A DNA stretch of 64,000 nt from Thermoplasmatota archaeon (GTDB lineage Archaea; Thermoplasmatota; Thermoplasmata; UBA10834): contig JBFMHR010000001.1 of NCBI GenBank assembly GCA_040751795.1, positions 96,001-160,000 on the forward strand. The letters run 5' to 3'. The number at the start of each line of letters is the position of its first letter. The stretch's first letter is position 1. A model generated the notes under the pieces. That model saw nothing but the letters and a program-made list of their open reading frames with translations. It had not been told where the DNA came from and did no database searches. The translations under genes and the position numbers were made by a program. Below, piece after piece: positions 9,288 through 18,033 of the stretch.

Positions 9288-10067
9288 GTGGGGATGCTGG
9301 AGCACACCTTCGTGCACCTCCCCGGGGTCGGGCGCGCCACGGAGTCCTCGTTCTGGAAGCGCGGGGTGACGACCTGGCGCGAGTTCCTCTCCGAGCGCAG
9401 GATCCCCAGGGTCTCGGACGAGAGGAAGGCGGCCATGGACGCGCTGCTCCTCGAGGGCGTCGAGCGCCTCAGGGACTCCGACTCCAGGTACTTCCGTGCG
9501 AGGATGGCGGACGGGCACCTGTGGAGGCTCCTGAGGGATTTCAGAGGCGGCACGGTCTACCTGGACATCGAGACGACCGGGATATCCGTCAGGTCGCCGG
9601 TCACGGTGGTGGGCGTGCACACCGGGAGCAGGACCCACACCCTCATACGCGGCAGGGACCTGAACGGCCCCAACCTCGAGGCCATCCTGTCGAGCGCCAG
9701 CCTCCTGGTCACGTTCAACGGAAGGGGGTTCGACATCCCGGTGCTCAGGGCCCAGTTCCCCGGCAGGGTCCCCGACACCCCGCACGTCGACCTGCGCCAC
9801 CTGCTCGCGAGGCTAGGCCACCGCGGCGGCCTCAAGGCCATCGAGAGGGAGCTGGGGGTGGAGAGGGACCGGAGGGTGGAGCTCATGACCGGGGCGGACG
9901 CGGTCTACCTGTGGAGGCTCTGGGAGAGGCGGGGCAAGGCGAACGCTCTCGACCTCCTGGTCGAGTACAACACGGCCGACTGCGAGAACCTCAGGGGGCT
10001 GGCCGAGTACGCATACGACAGGATGAGGCGGCAGACCTTCTCCGCGGTCGCCCGCGGCAAACCTTGA
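9288..10067 (+). CDS. RNase H-like exonuclease (YprB/COG3359 type)
   Basis: YLDIETTG, TFNGRGFDIP, GGLKAIE, YNTADC. Confidence 0.85.
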   Translation: MGMLEHTFVHLPGVGRATESSFWKRGVTTWREFLSERRIPRVSDERKAAMDALLLEGVERLRDSDSRYFRARMADGHLWRLLRDFRGGTVYLDIETTGISVRSPVTVVGVHTGSRTHTLIRGRDLNGPNLEAILSSASLLVTFNGRGFDIPVLRAQFPGRVPDTPHVDLRHLLARLGHRGGLKAIERELGVERDRRVELMTGADAVYLWRLWERRGKANALDLLVEYNTADCENLRGLAEYAYDRMRRQTFSAVARGKP

Positions 10068-10096
10068 TTATCGGACCGGCGGTTAAGGTCATAGGG

Positions 10097-10243
10097 ATGG
10101 ACGGGCTACTCGCACTCATCATCGCGCTCCTGGTCTTCGCGGGCATAATATTCCTCGCCAGCCGGACGGCACGCACCATATTCATCGTGGGCATCGGCAT
10201 GATCGTGCTCGCGGCGCTGGTCTTCTTCGGGGTGATCGGGTGA
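10097..10243 (+). CDS. 48-aa two-TM small membrane protein
   Basis: MDGLLALIIALLVFAGIIFLASRTARTIFIVGIGMIVLAALVFFGVIG. Its stop overlaps the next start (GTGA). Confidence 0.7.
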   Translation: MDGLLALIIALLVFAGIIFLASRTARTIFIVGIGMIVLAALVFFGVIG

Positions 10244-11730
10244 GCGCCGGCGCGGAGGAGTTCTCGAAGAGGCTGCCCCCCGGGCTCTGGGCGTCCGCCA
10301 AGGAGGCGGCGGCAGCGCTGGTGGGCGCCTCCAGGGTCGTCGTCGCGACGCACATAGACGCCGACGGGATATCCGCGGGGGCGATCGCGGCCACCGCCCT
10401 CGGGAGGAAGGGTGTGATGGCCGAGGTGAGGTTCTTCAAGAAGCTGGACGACGAGGCCATCGCCTCTCTGTCCGCGACAGGCGCCGACATCGTCTGGTAC
10501 ACGGACCTCGGCAGCGGCTCGGCCTCGAAGCTCGGGGGGAAGCAGACGGTCGTCTCCGACCACCACGTCCCCGATACGCAGTCAGGCGGGTCCAACGTCA
10601 CGGGCCAGGCGAGGCTCTTCGACTTCTCAGGCGTCCTGCATGTGAACCCCCAGCTGCACGGGGTGTCCGGGGCCACCGACCTCAGCGGGGCGGGGGCGAC
10701 CTTCCTCGTCGCGGCGGCCCTCGACGGCCGCAACGCCGACCTCTCCCACCTCGCCGTGCTCGGCGGGGTCGGGGACCTGCAGGACCAGCGGACGAGGAGG
10801 CTCGAGGGGCTCAACAGGGAGATCTCCGCGCTCGCGGTGTCCGCCGGCGTCCTCGAGGTGGTCCAGGACATAAGGCTCTTCGGGCGCGAGACCCGGCCCG
10901 TGCACAAGATGCTGGAGTACTCCTCGGACCCGTTCCTCCCTGGCATCACGAGCGACGAGCAGTCGGCGATATCGTTCCTCCTGAGCCTGGGCATCGAGCT
11001 CAAGGAGGGGGACGCCTGGAGGACCTGGGCGATGCTGTCCCGGGACGAGAAGGACACCGTCATCGGCGCCCTCAGGGAGATGCTCTCCAAGAGGTCGCGG
11101 AGGCCGGAGTCACTGCTGAGGCTGACCGGGGAGGTCTACGTGCTCAGGAAGGAGGCTGCGGGCTCCCCGCTGCGGGACGCGAAGGAGTACGCCACGCTGC
11201 TCAACGCGTGCGGGAGGCACGCGAGGGGCGAGGTCGGCCTGGCGATATGCATGGGGGACAGGGGCGCCGCCCTCCAGGAGGGGCTCGCGCTCCTCCGGGA
11301 CCACAGGTCCGCCCTGAGCCAGGCGATCTCGCTCGCCAAGGACCTGGGCGTGACGAGGCTCAGGAACATCCAGTACTTCGACGCCGGCCCGGACATCGAG
11401 GAGACGATAGTCGGGACGGTCGCGGGGATGCTGCTCGGCGAGGCGGGCTCCGACAGGAGCGCGCCCATGGTCGCCTTCGCCGACTCGGACGAGTACTCGG
11501 AGGAGCCGAAGGCGAAGGCCTCGGCGAGGGGGACCCAGGACCTGGTTTCGAGGGGGATGGACCTCTCCGTCGCGATGCGAAGGGCGGCGGAGGCCGTGGG
11601 CGGCGTGGGCGGGGGCCACAACATCGCCGCAGGGGCGACGATACCAGCGTCCAGGAAGGAGGACTTCCTGGACGAGCTGGACCGGACCGTGGAGGAGCAG
11701 CTCAGCTCCCGAGCACGGCGACCAGGATAG
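10240..11730 (+). CDS. recJ: RecJ/Cdc45-like DHH-DHHA1 phosphoesterase
   Basis: HIDADG, TDLG, DHH, GDLQD, GGGHNIAAG. Confidence 0.9.
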   Translation: MSAGAEEFSKRLPPGLWASAKEAAAALVGASRVVVATHIDADGISAGAIAATALGRKGVMAEVRFFKKLDDEAIASLSATGADIVWYTDLGSGSASKLGGKQTVVSDHHVPDTQSGGSNVTGQARLFDFSGVLHVNPQLHGVSGATDLSGAGATFLVAAALDGRNADLSHLAVLGGVGDLQDQRTRRLEGLNREISALAVSAGVLEVVQDIRLFGRETRPVHKMLEYSSDPFLPGITSDEQSAISFLLSLGIELKEGDAWRTWAMLSRDEKDTVIGALREMLSKRSRRPESLLRLTGEVYVLRKEAAGSPLRDAKEYATLLNACGRHARGEVGLAICMGDRGAALQEGLALLRDHRSALSQAISLAKDLGVTRLRNIQYFDAGPDIEETIVGTVAGMLLGEAGSDRSAPMVAFADSDEYSEEPKAKASARGTQDLVSRGMDLSVAMRRAAEAVGGVGGGHNIAAGATIPASRKEDFLDELDRTVEEQLSSRARRPG

Positions 11731-12631
11731 CCTTCTGGGCGTGCATCCTGTTCTCGGCCTGGTCGAAGACGACGCTGTGCGGCCCGTCCATCACTCCCGC
11801 CGAGACCTCGAGGTCCCTGTGGGCGGGGAGGCAGTGCAGGAAGATCCAGTCCTTGTTGGCCTTCTCAGCGAGCCTTTCGTTGACCTGGTAGGGCAGGAAG
11901 AGGTTCTCCCTCTCGGCCTTCTCGGTCTCCTGGCCCATCGACACCCACGTGTCCGTGTATATCACGTCGGCGCCCTCGCAGGCCTTGTGCGGGTTGGACA
12001 TCAGCTCGATCCTCGCCCCGGTCCTCTTCGCGACCTCCTCGGCCTTCGCGACGATGTCCGCGTTCGGCCTGTGGGACTTGGGGGTCGCGGCGCGCATGTT
12101 CATCCCGACGAGGGCGCAGCCGAGCAGGAGGGAGTTGCAGACGTTGTTGCCGTCCCCGACGTAGGTCAGCTGGAGGCCCTTCAGGGCCTTCTTCTTCTCC
12201 AGGACCGTCAGGAGGTCGGCGGCGCACTGGCACGGGTGCTCGAGGTCGTCCAGGCCGTTGATCACGGGCACCTTGGCGTGCTTGGCGAGCTCCCTCATGA
12301 CCTGGTTGCTGAACGCCCGGTACATGATGCCGTCGACGTACCTGCCCAGGACGTTGGCCACGTCGTAGGCCGACTCCCTCTTGCCGATCTGGACCTCGTT
12401 GGGGCTGATGTAGAGCGAGGTCCCGCCAAGCTGGGTCATGCCGACCTCGAAGGACACCCTGGTCCTGAGGCTCGGCTTCTCGAAGACCATCCCGAGGACC
12501 TTGCCCCTGAGGGGGTCCTTCTTCTGCCCCTTCTTGGGCCCTGACTTCATCCTGAGGGCCTCGTGGAGGATCTGCTCGAAATCGTCCTTCATGTCGAGAA
12601 CGGAGATGATGTCGCGCTTCAGTCCGATCAC
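11702..12631 (-). CDS. argF: Ornithine carbamoyltransferase
   Basis: FEKPSLRTR, HPCQ, GDGNN, DTWVSMG, HCLP, DQAENR. Confidence 0.95.
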   Translation of the reverse strand: MIGLKRDIISVLDMKDDFEQILHEALRMKSGPKKGQKKDPLRGKVLGMVFEKPSLRTRVSFEVGMTQLGGTSLYISPNEVQIGKRESAYDVANVLGRYVDGIMYRAFSNQVMRELAKHAKVPVINGLDDLEHPCQCAADLLTVLEKKKALKGLQLTYVGDGNNVCNSLLLGCALVGMNMRAATPKSHRPNADIVAKAEEVAKRTGARIELMSNPHKACEGADVIYTDTWVSMGQETEKAERENLFLPYQVNERLAEKANKDWIFLHCLPAHRDLEVSAGVMDGPHSVVFDQAENRMHAQKAILVAVLGS

Positions 12632-12694
12632 CGTGCCCCCCTCTATCGCCAGCGCCGACTTAAGCCTTTTGCGCGCGGCCCGTGCCCGGACGGG

Positions 12695-12832
12695 TCACCC
12701 GGCGCATCGGGACAGCCCGCAGAACAGGCAGGACTCGCAGCCCGACGTCCTCACCATCGGTCCGCCGCACTCCGGACAGTGCGCGCGCGCATCGACCCCC
12801 TCGATGGGGTCACCGCATGAAAGGCACTCCAT
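12695..12832 (-). CDS. 45-aa Cys-rich zinc-ribbon peptide
   Basis: Manual translation MECLSCGDPIEGVDARAHCPECGGPMVRTSGCESCLFCGLSRCAG*. Eight Cys in CxxC-type spacing. Below the ORF-track cutoff. Confidence 0.7.
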   Translation of the reverse strand: MECLSCGDPIEGVDARAHCPECGGPMVRTSGCESCLFCGLSRCAG

Positions 12833-12981
12833 GTCTCATCCCCCTGCGACCGTGACGGCGGGGCATGGGCAATACCCTGACCGCAGGGGGTCGACGAAAG
12901 TACCCTCGCCCAGAGGTGCCAGACAGGGCACGGGGGGTTGTGATAATGTTTATCTATGGAGACCACATGATGCCCGTCCGT

Positions 12982-13056
12982 GGCCGGGGTGGGGTAGTGG
13001 TATCCTTGGGGACTGTGGATCCCTTGACCCGGGTTCGATTCCCGGTCCCGGCCCCA
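12982..13056 (+). tRNA. tRNA-His(GTG) with encoded G-1 and CCA
   Basis: Acceptor GCCGGGG/TCCCGGC, anticodon arm GGGGA-CTGTGGA-TCCCT, T-loop GTTCGATTC, C73 then CCA. TATA-like TTTATC upstream. Confidence 0.95.
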
Positions 13057-13075
13057 CGTCCCCTATCCCCAGCCC

Positions 13076-13435
13076 TCACTCCGTGAAGCGCGCACCGCAG
13101 TGCGGGCACGCGTCGTCCTTCTCGCCGACGGGTTTGCCGCACGCAGGGCACTCGTAGGCCGCCGCGTCCTGGACCCCGGCCCCCGGCGCCTCGGTGGGCC
13201 CGTCCAGGTCCATGGTGGCGGCCTCGTCGACGGCCTCCGCGAACAGGGAGAACTGCGTCCCGCACTCGTCGCACCTTGTCTGGACCGCGGAGACGATCTC
13301 GCCGCAGAAGGGGCACTCGAAGCACATGTCCTCGAAGGACGCCCCGCACCGGGGACACCTGTCCTCGGCGCCTGACACCGTCTTCCCGCAGGAGAGGCAT
13401 GCCAGGACGAAGACCGGCGGCGACTCTTCGGACAT
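13076..13435 (-). CDS. Multi zinc-ribbon (DZR-like) protein
   Basis: MSEESPPVF start, six CxxC motifs. Confidence 0.8.
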   Translation of the reverse strand: MSEESPPVFVLACLSCGKTVSGAEDRCPRCGASFEDMCFECPFCGEIVSAVQTRCDECGTQFSLFAEAVDEAATMDLDGPTEAPGAGVQDAAAYECPACGKPVGEKDDACPHCGARFTE

Positions 13436-13514
13436 GCCCCTCATTATCGGCCTGCGGATATATAATGCGTTGCTGCTGACCAGCGGGATGGAGAAACGAT
13501 GGCTCGCGGAGGGC

Positions 13515-14226
13515 TCATCGCCTATGCTTCTTGGGCTTGGCCCTCGCCAGCGGCGACTTCTTCGCCGGCTTGGAGGGCTTGGCGTGCTCCTTGGCCGGGT
13601 GCTTCTTCGCCGGGGCCTTCTTGGGCTCGTGCCTCGGCCTTGCGCGCCTTCGCGTGCCTCGGGGCGTGGACCTCTGGCTCCGCCGCCACGGCGACGGGGG
13701 CCGCGGCCGCCGCCTGCGCAGGCGCCTCCTCCACGGGTGCGCCCTCCTCCGGGAGCTCCTCGAACACGGCCTGGCAGCCCCCGCACGACTTGGCGGATAT
13801 GGATATCTTCTCGCCGCACACCGGGCAGTCGACCTTGGCCTCCTCGAGGGGGAGGTCGCAGCGTGGGCACTTCTCCTCGTCGCCGCGGATCATGAGGCCG
13901 CAGCCGGGGCAGGCCACCCTGCGGATGGTGGACTTGAGCTGGTCCAGCTCGTTGTTGATGATGCCGTCTACGAAGTCGTCCATGTCGAAGCCGGAGCTCG
14001 TCCTGACGACGCTCTCGGAGAACTCGGTCAGGTCGATGCCGCACGAGGCGCACTTGGTGGCGTTGCGCCATATGAGGCCGGAGCAGAAGGGGCACTCGAA
14101 GAGGGTCCCGGGGCCGAACTGCAGGCCGCACCTGGGGCACTCCGCATCGCTCGACCTCACTATCCTCCCGCACTTGAAGCAGCTCAGGAAGATGTCCCTG
14201 CTCTCCGCGGCTTCCATCATCGACAT
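13515..14226 (-). CDS. Multi zinc-ribbon protein with Lys-rich tail, apparent frameshift near 13638
   Basis: Eight CxxC motifs. The in-frame stop is at 13522, but host-like codons continue in a shifted frame to TGA at 13515-13517. Confidence 0.75.
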
Positions 14227-14285
14227 GAAATAGCATCCCCGTTATTTAAACTCTGGAACCCGTAGTCCGACGCGCGACACCGCCC

Positions 14286-17200
14286 TCACGGGCCCTCTTC
14301 CCGCCTGGACCGCCTCCGGTAGATGGCGATGAAGACGGTCAGCATGAAGAGGACTGGCAAGGCCACCTCCGAGAACTCGGGGATCTTGTCGAAGGTGACG
14401 TCCATGGGCGCGGTCGTGTTCTGCGTCCACTGCCAGCATATGTACGCCTCGCCGCCAGCGGAGTAGATGGATGTCAGGTATGTCTTCGCATAGGTCGTCT
14501 GGGCCAGCGTGAGGAACGACCATGTGCCGGAGACGTTCTTCTTCGCCACTATGCTGTCCGAGCTGGTCCCGTCGCTGACCCACAGCGCGAAGAGGTTCCC
14601 CGTGGCCGAGTCGAGGGATATCGTGGGGAACTTCAGGGTGCCCCCGCCCGCGGAGTTCAGGGTGATGGGCGTGGACCAGGTCGTGGTGGATGTGTTGTGG
14701 ACGTACTGGATGTTCGGGGCCCATGCGGGCGTCCCGTCGACGTCGCCCGTGCCGTACACCACGTGGACCGTCCCGCGGGAGTCCACGACCGCGGAGGGCG
14801 GCGCATAGTCGGAGTTCGACTGGTCCGCCCCTCCAGCGTAGATCTCCTCGGGGGACGCCCAGCCCGAACCGGTGAACCTCGTCGCGGAGACGATCCCCTC
14901 GTATGTGCTCACCACCCAGACGACGGTGGTCGGCCCCGACCCCGGGAGGATGGTGCCCTTCATGCTCGGGTCCTTGATCAGGTTGATCGCGTTGTTCCTG
15001 TCGGTCCATGTGCCCTCGACGTCGCCTGCCGCGTCAGACTGGTAGCATCTGAGCTTGTACTGCGGCTGGCTCGCGTGCACCTTCGAGATCGATGCCACCC
15101 AGACCAGTCCGCTCGCGTCGAGGCACACGGTGGGATGCTTGCCGAGCATGGGGTTGCTGGATATCGCCAGTGTCTTCTCGTTCCCCCAGGCTATGCTGTG
15201 GCTCGACGGGGTGACGGCGCCCTTCCGGACGATCACGTTCGCCGTCGAGACCTCCGCTTCCCCCACGATGTACACGCTGCTGCCGGAGGCATCGTACCAT
15301 ATGGATGCCCGCCTCACGTCCGCGCTCGAGAAGGCGTATCCCCCGTCCGTCCATGTGACGCCGCCGTCGGTGCTGTACCTGTAGGCGGTGCTCGAGCCGT
15401 CGAAGTAGAAGCTCCAGAAGTTGGTGCCGTCGTAGAAGAGCTTCCTCTGCATCGAGCTGGCCGTCGCCGCCGAGGAGGTCGTGGAGTCGATGGCCCAGGC
15501 GAGCGTCCCGACGGAGGACGATATGCCGCCCGTGATGGCCAGCATGGTCGCCTCGTCGAGGGCGACGAAGTCCCTGTACTGCCTCCAGTCCGTCGTCTCG
15601 ATCACGAAGTCTATGTCGACCGCCCCGCCCAGGTTGCTGGCGAGCACGCCGACCTCCATGCTCTGGGAGTCGACCTCGGCGGCCAGCTCGTCGGAGGCGA
15701 GGGCCCAGGCGGTGCCCGTGTAGGAGTGCAGGACCGCGCTCACGACCATGCCGTTCAGGCCGCGCACCTCGACCCTGTATTCAGCGCCTATGACCTTCGA
15801 CTCGACCGAGACCGCGTAGCCCGTCAGGGCGGACATGTCCGAGTCGATGTAGATCCGGGTGATGTCCTCCGCGGTCTTCCTGGTGATGGGCACGACCGAC
15901 CCGCCGCTGCTGGGCACCGGCTTGCCCTTCATGACCGGGACGTAGGAGCCGCTGCACATCTCCCCCGCGACGCTCACGTAGAAGGACGACGAGAGGCTCG
16001 TGTTGAACACGCCCACCTGGCGGACGTCTATGTTGGGGTTCAGGACGTCCACGAGGTCGACGTCGGAGGCGGTCCTGCCGGACCAGTCGCCGAAGGCGCC
16101 GTCGATGGCGACCGCGGAGGGCGCGGAGCCCACATAGGCCCTCGCGGGGTGGCCGACGACCTCGACCGCGGCGAAGGTCGAGTTGATGTCCTCAGCGGCG
16201 ACGAACGCCGCGACGAACTGAGCAGGGGAGAAGGCCGAGGTGTCGAACTCGAAGTCCACCGTGACCACCTCGCCCGGCTGCAGGGTGAGCGCCTCGAAGG
16301 TGCTCACGGCCGGGGAGAGGTTCTCGGTCCGGACGTCCACCGAGCCCACCGTGCCCCCGGCGCCGTCGCACGAGAACTCGAGGCTCAGCACGGCCTCCGA
16401 GCCGGAGGCCGGGACTATCCCCGAGACAGGGACCGACGAGGAGAGGCCCTGCCTGACCGTGAGGACGCTCCCCTCCGACGGGACGCCCGCGCTCACCGAA
16501 CGCCTCGCCTGCTGGTCCTGGGACAGCAGCAGGAACCTGGCGTCCTCGGAAGGGGCCTGCTGGACGTTCCCCATCGCCTCGAGCCTGTTGTCCACGAGCC
16601 TGCTCGCCGCGCCGCCGAGCGACTCCCACGAGTTCCAGTCGCACATGTCGTCGGCGGAGGGCGGGTCGTACGCGCTGACCTGGGAGGACTCCACCGACCC
16701 GTTCCACCCGTCGAGTTCGACCATGAAGTCGGCCCCGAGGGTGCCGACGGCGTAGCCCGTGCCCGCGTCCCCGTCGGAGTCGATGAAGAGGAAGAAGCTC
16801 TCCACGGAGGTCGTCCCGAAGATGTCGCCCGTGGCGGCCACGTAGAGGAACACGCGAGTCCCTTCGACGCCGACGGACCACTCCTCGACCACGGTGATCG
16901 GGGTGGTGGTGAGTATCGACATGCTGTAGGGCGTCGCGCCGTCCCACTCGCCGAAATCCCCGTCGACCGAGTAGAGCTCGTCCTCCTTGGAGTAGGATAT
17001 GTAGATGAACGTGGGGATGATGATCACGAGGGCCACCAGGACCGCCAGGAACTGCCACCTGGCAATCCCGCGGCCGCGCCTCCTGGGCGCGCCCCCGAAC
17101 GCGCCGGACTTGGTCCCGTTGACCATCCCGGTGCCATTGACCAGCCCGTTCCCGTTCACGAGGCCCGTCCCGTTGACGAGGCCCGTGCCGTTCACGAGGC

Positions 17201-17768
17201 CCGTCCCGTTTATGGCCCCCCTGCCGTTCGTCAGCCCGCGGCCAATCTGCCCCGCCTCGACCGGGGGCACGGGGGTCAGGGCCTGCGGCTCCGGCCTCGC
17301 GGGCGCCTCCCCTGCCGCTTCTGCATCCCCGGGCGCCTCCTCGGGCGCCCCGGTGATGGGGGCCAGCAGGGGCTCCGGCTCCGCCGCCTCGCCGAGGGCG
17401 GCGCCGCAATTGGCGCAGGTCCTCGCGCCTTCAGCATGCGCCGTGCCGCACTCTGGGCACGAACCGACCGCCCCCTCCGCGGCGAGCGGGATGCCGCACC
17501 TGGCGCACTTGACCTCGCCCCCCCTCAGCTCGAGCCCGCAGCCCGGGCATGTGACCTTCACCTCGGGGATCGGGGCGTGGGGCACCTCGACCGCGGGCGC
17601 CTCCTCGGCGGCCTTGACCCGCCGCATGACCCGGCGCTCTATGACCTTGTCGAGCTCCCGCTTCATCATGACCTTGTCGATGTGCGTCGAGCAGTAGGGG
17701 CAAGTGTCGACGTCCGAGGGTACCTTCTTACCGCAGAGAGGGCAGTGGATCGTTCGCTCGTTCGGCAA
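14286..17768 (-). CDS. Large membrane/surface protein: N-terminal zinc ribbons, GLVNG repeats, TM helix, extracellular beta domains, PEF-CTERM
   Basis: Six CxxC motifs, G(L/M)VNGT repeats, TM WQFLAVLVALVIIIPTFIYI, two (V/I)DGxFGxW motifs, C-terminal IPEF + TM + RRRSRR. Confidence 0.85.
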   Translation of the reverse strand: MPNERTIHCPLCGKKVPSDVDTCPYCSTHIDKVMMKRELDKVIERRVMRRVKAAEEAPAVEVPHAPIPEVKVTCPGCGLELRGGEVKCARCGIPLAAEGAVGSCPECGTAHAEGARTCANCGAALGEAAEPEPLLAPITGAPEEAPGDAEAAGEAPARPEPQALTPVPPVEAGQIGRGLTNGRGAINGTGLVNGTGLVNGTGLVNGNGLVNGTGMVNGTKSGAFGGAPRRRGRGIARWQFLAVLVALVIIIPTFIYISYSKEDELYSVDGDFGEWDGATPYSMSILTTTPITVVEEWSVGVEGTRVFLYVAATGDIFGTTSVESFFLFIDSDGDAGTGYAVGTLGADFMVELDGWNGSVESSQVSAYDPPSADDMCDWNSWESLGGAASRLVDNRLEAMGNVQQAPSEDARFLLLSQDQQARRSVSAGVPSEGSVLTVRQGLSSSVPVSGIVPASGSEAVLSLEFSCDGAGGTVGSVDVRTENLSPAVSTFEALTLQPGEVVTVDFEFDTSAFSPAQFVAAFVAAEDINSTFAAVEVVGHPARAYVGSAPSAVAIDGAFGDWSGRTASDVDLVDVLNPNIDVRQVGVFNTSLSSSFYVSVAGEMCSGSYVPVMKGKPVPSSGGSVVPITRKTAEDITRIYIDSDMSALTGYAVSVESKVIGAEYRVEVRGLNGMVVSAVLHSYTGTAWALASDELAAEVDSQSMEVGVLASNLGGAVDIDFVIETTDWRQYRDFVALDEATMLAITGGISSSVGTLAWAIDSTTSSAATASSMQRKLFYDGTNFWSFYFDGSSTAYRYSTDGGVTWTDGGYAFSSADVRRASIWYDASGSSVYIVGEAEVSTANVIVRKGAVTPSSHSIAWGNEKTLAISSNPMLGKHPTVCLDASGLVWVASISKVHASQPQYKLRCYQSDAAGDVEGTWTDRNNAINLIKDPSMKGTILPGSGPTTVVWVVSTYEGIVSATRFTGSGWASPEEIYAGGADQSNSDYAPPSAVVDSRGTVHVVYGTGDVDGTPAWAPNIQYVHNTSTTTWSTPITLNSAGGGTLKFPTISLDSATGNLFALWVSDGTSSDSIVAKKNVSGTWSFLTLAQTTYAKTYLTSIYSAGGEAYICWQWTQNTTAPMDVTFDKIPEFSEVALPVLFMLTVFIAIYRRRSRREEGP
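17115..17240 (-). repeat. In-frame 18-bp tandem repeat (about 7 units) encoding G(L/A/M)(V/T/I)NG(T/R/N)
   Basis: Plus strand shows repeated GAGGCCCGT(C/G)CCGTT(C/G)AC. Peptide GLTNGRGAINGTGLVNGTGLVNGTGLVNGNGLVNGTGMVNG. Confidence 0.85.
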
Positions 17769-18033
17769 GCTCTAAACACCTCTGTTCACAGTGCGACCCG
17801 GCGCATCGCGGGGTGCGCAGCGGGAACCCTCGTAGGGTGAATTGCCTGGCATCCCGGTCTGGATGGTTAGAGGCCTCCTGGATATATATAGAATCCGTCT
17901 GATAGAGGTCACTGACTCCCCCCAGGGCGCATATGTCCAGCGAACGGGCCCATCCGATGGGCGCGCCCCGCCAGGGAGAGGGGGGCGTGCGCCCCACAAG
18001 ATTAATATACGCCCCATATCGTCGAAAGCCAGG

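Noticed and set aside
17115-17240. CRISPR-like repeat array
   Set aside because: 18-bp in-frame coding repeats without spacers, and no cas genes.
12982-17768. Genomic island integrated at tRNA-His
   Set aside because: No integrase, no duplicated tRNA 3' end seen, and codon usage matches the host.
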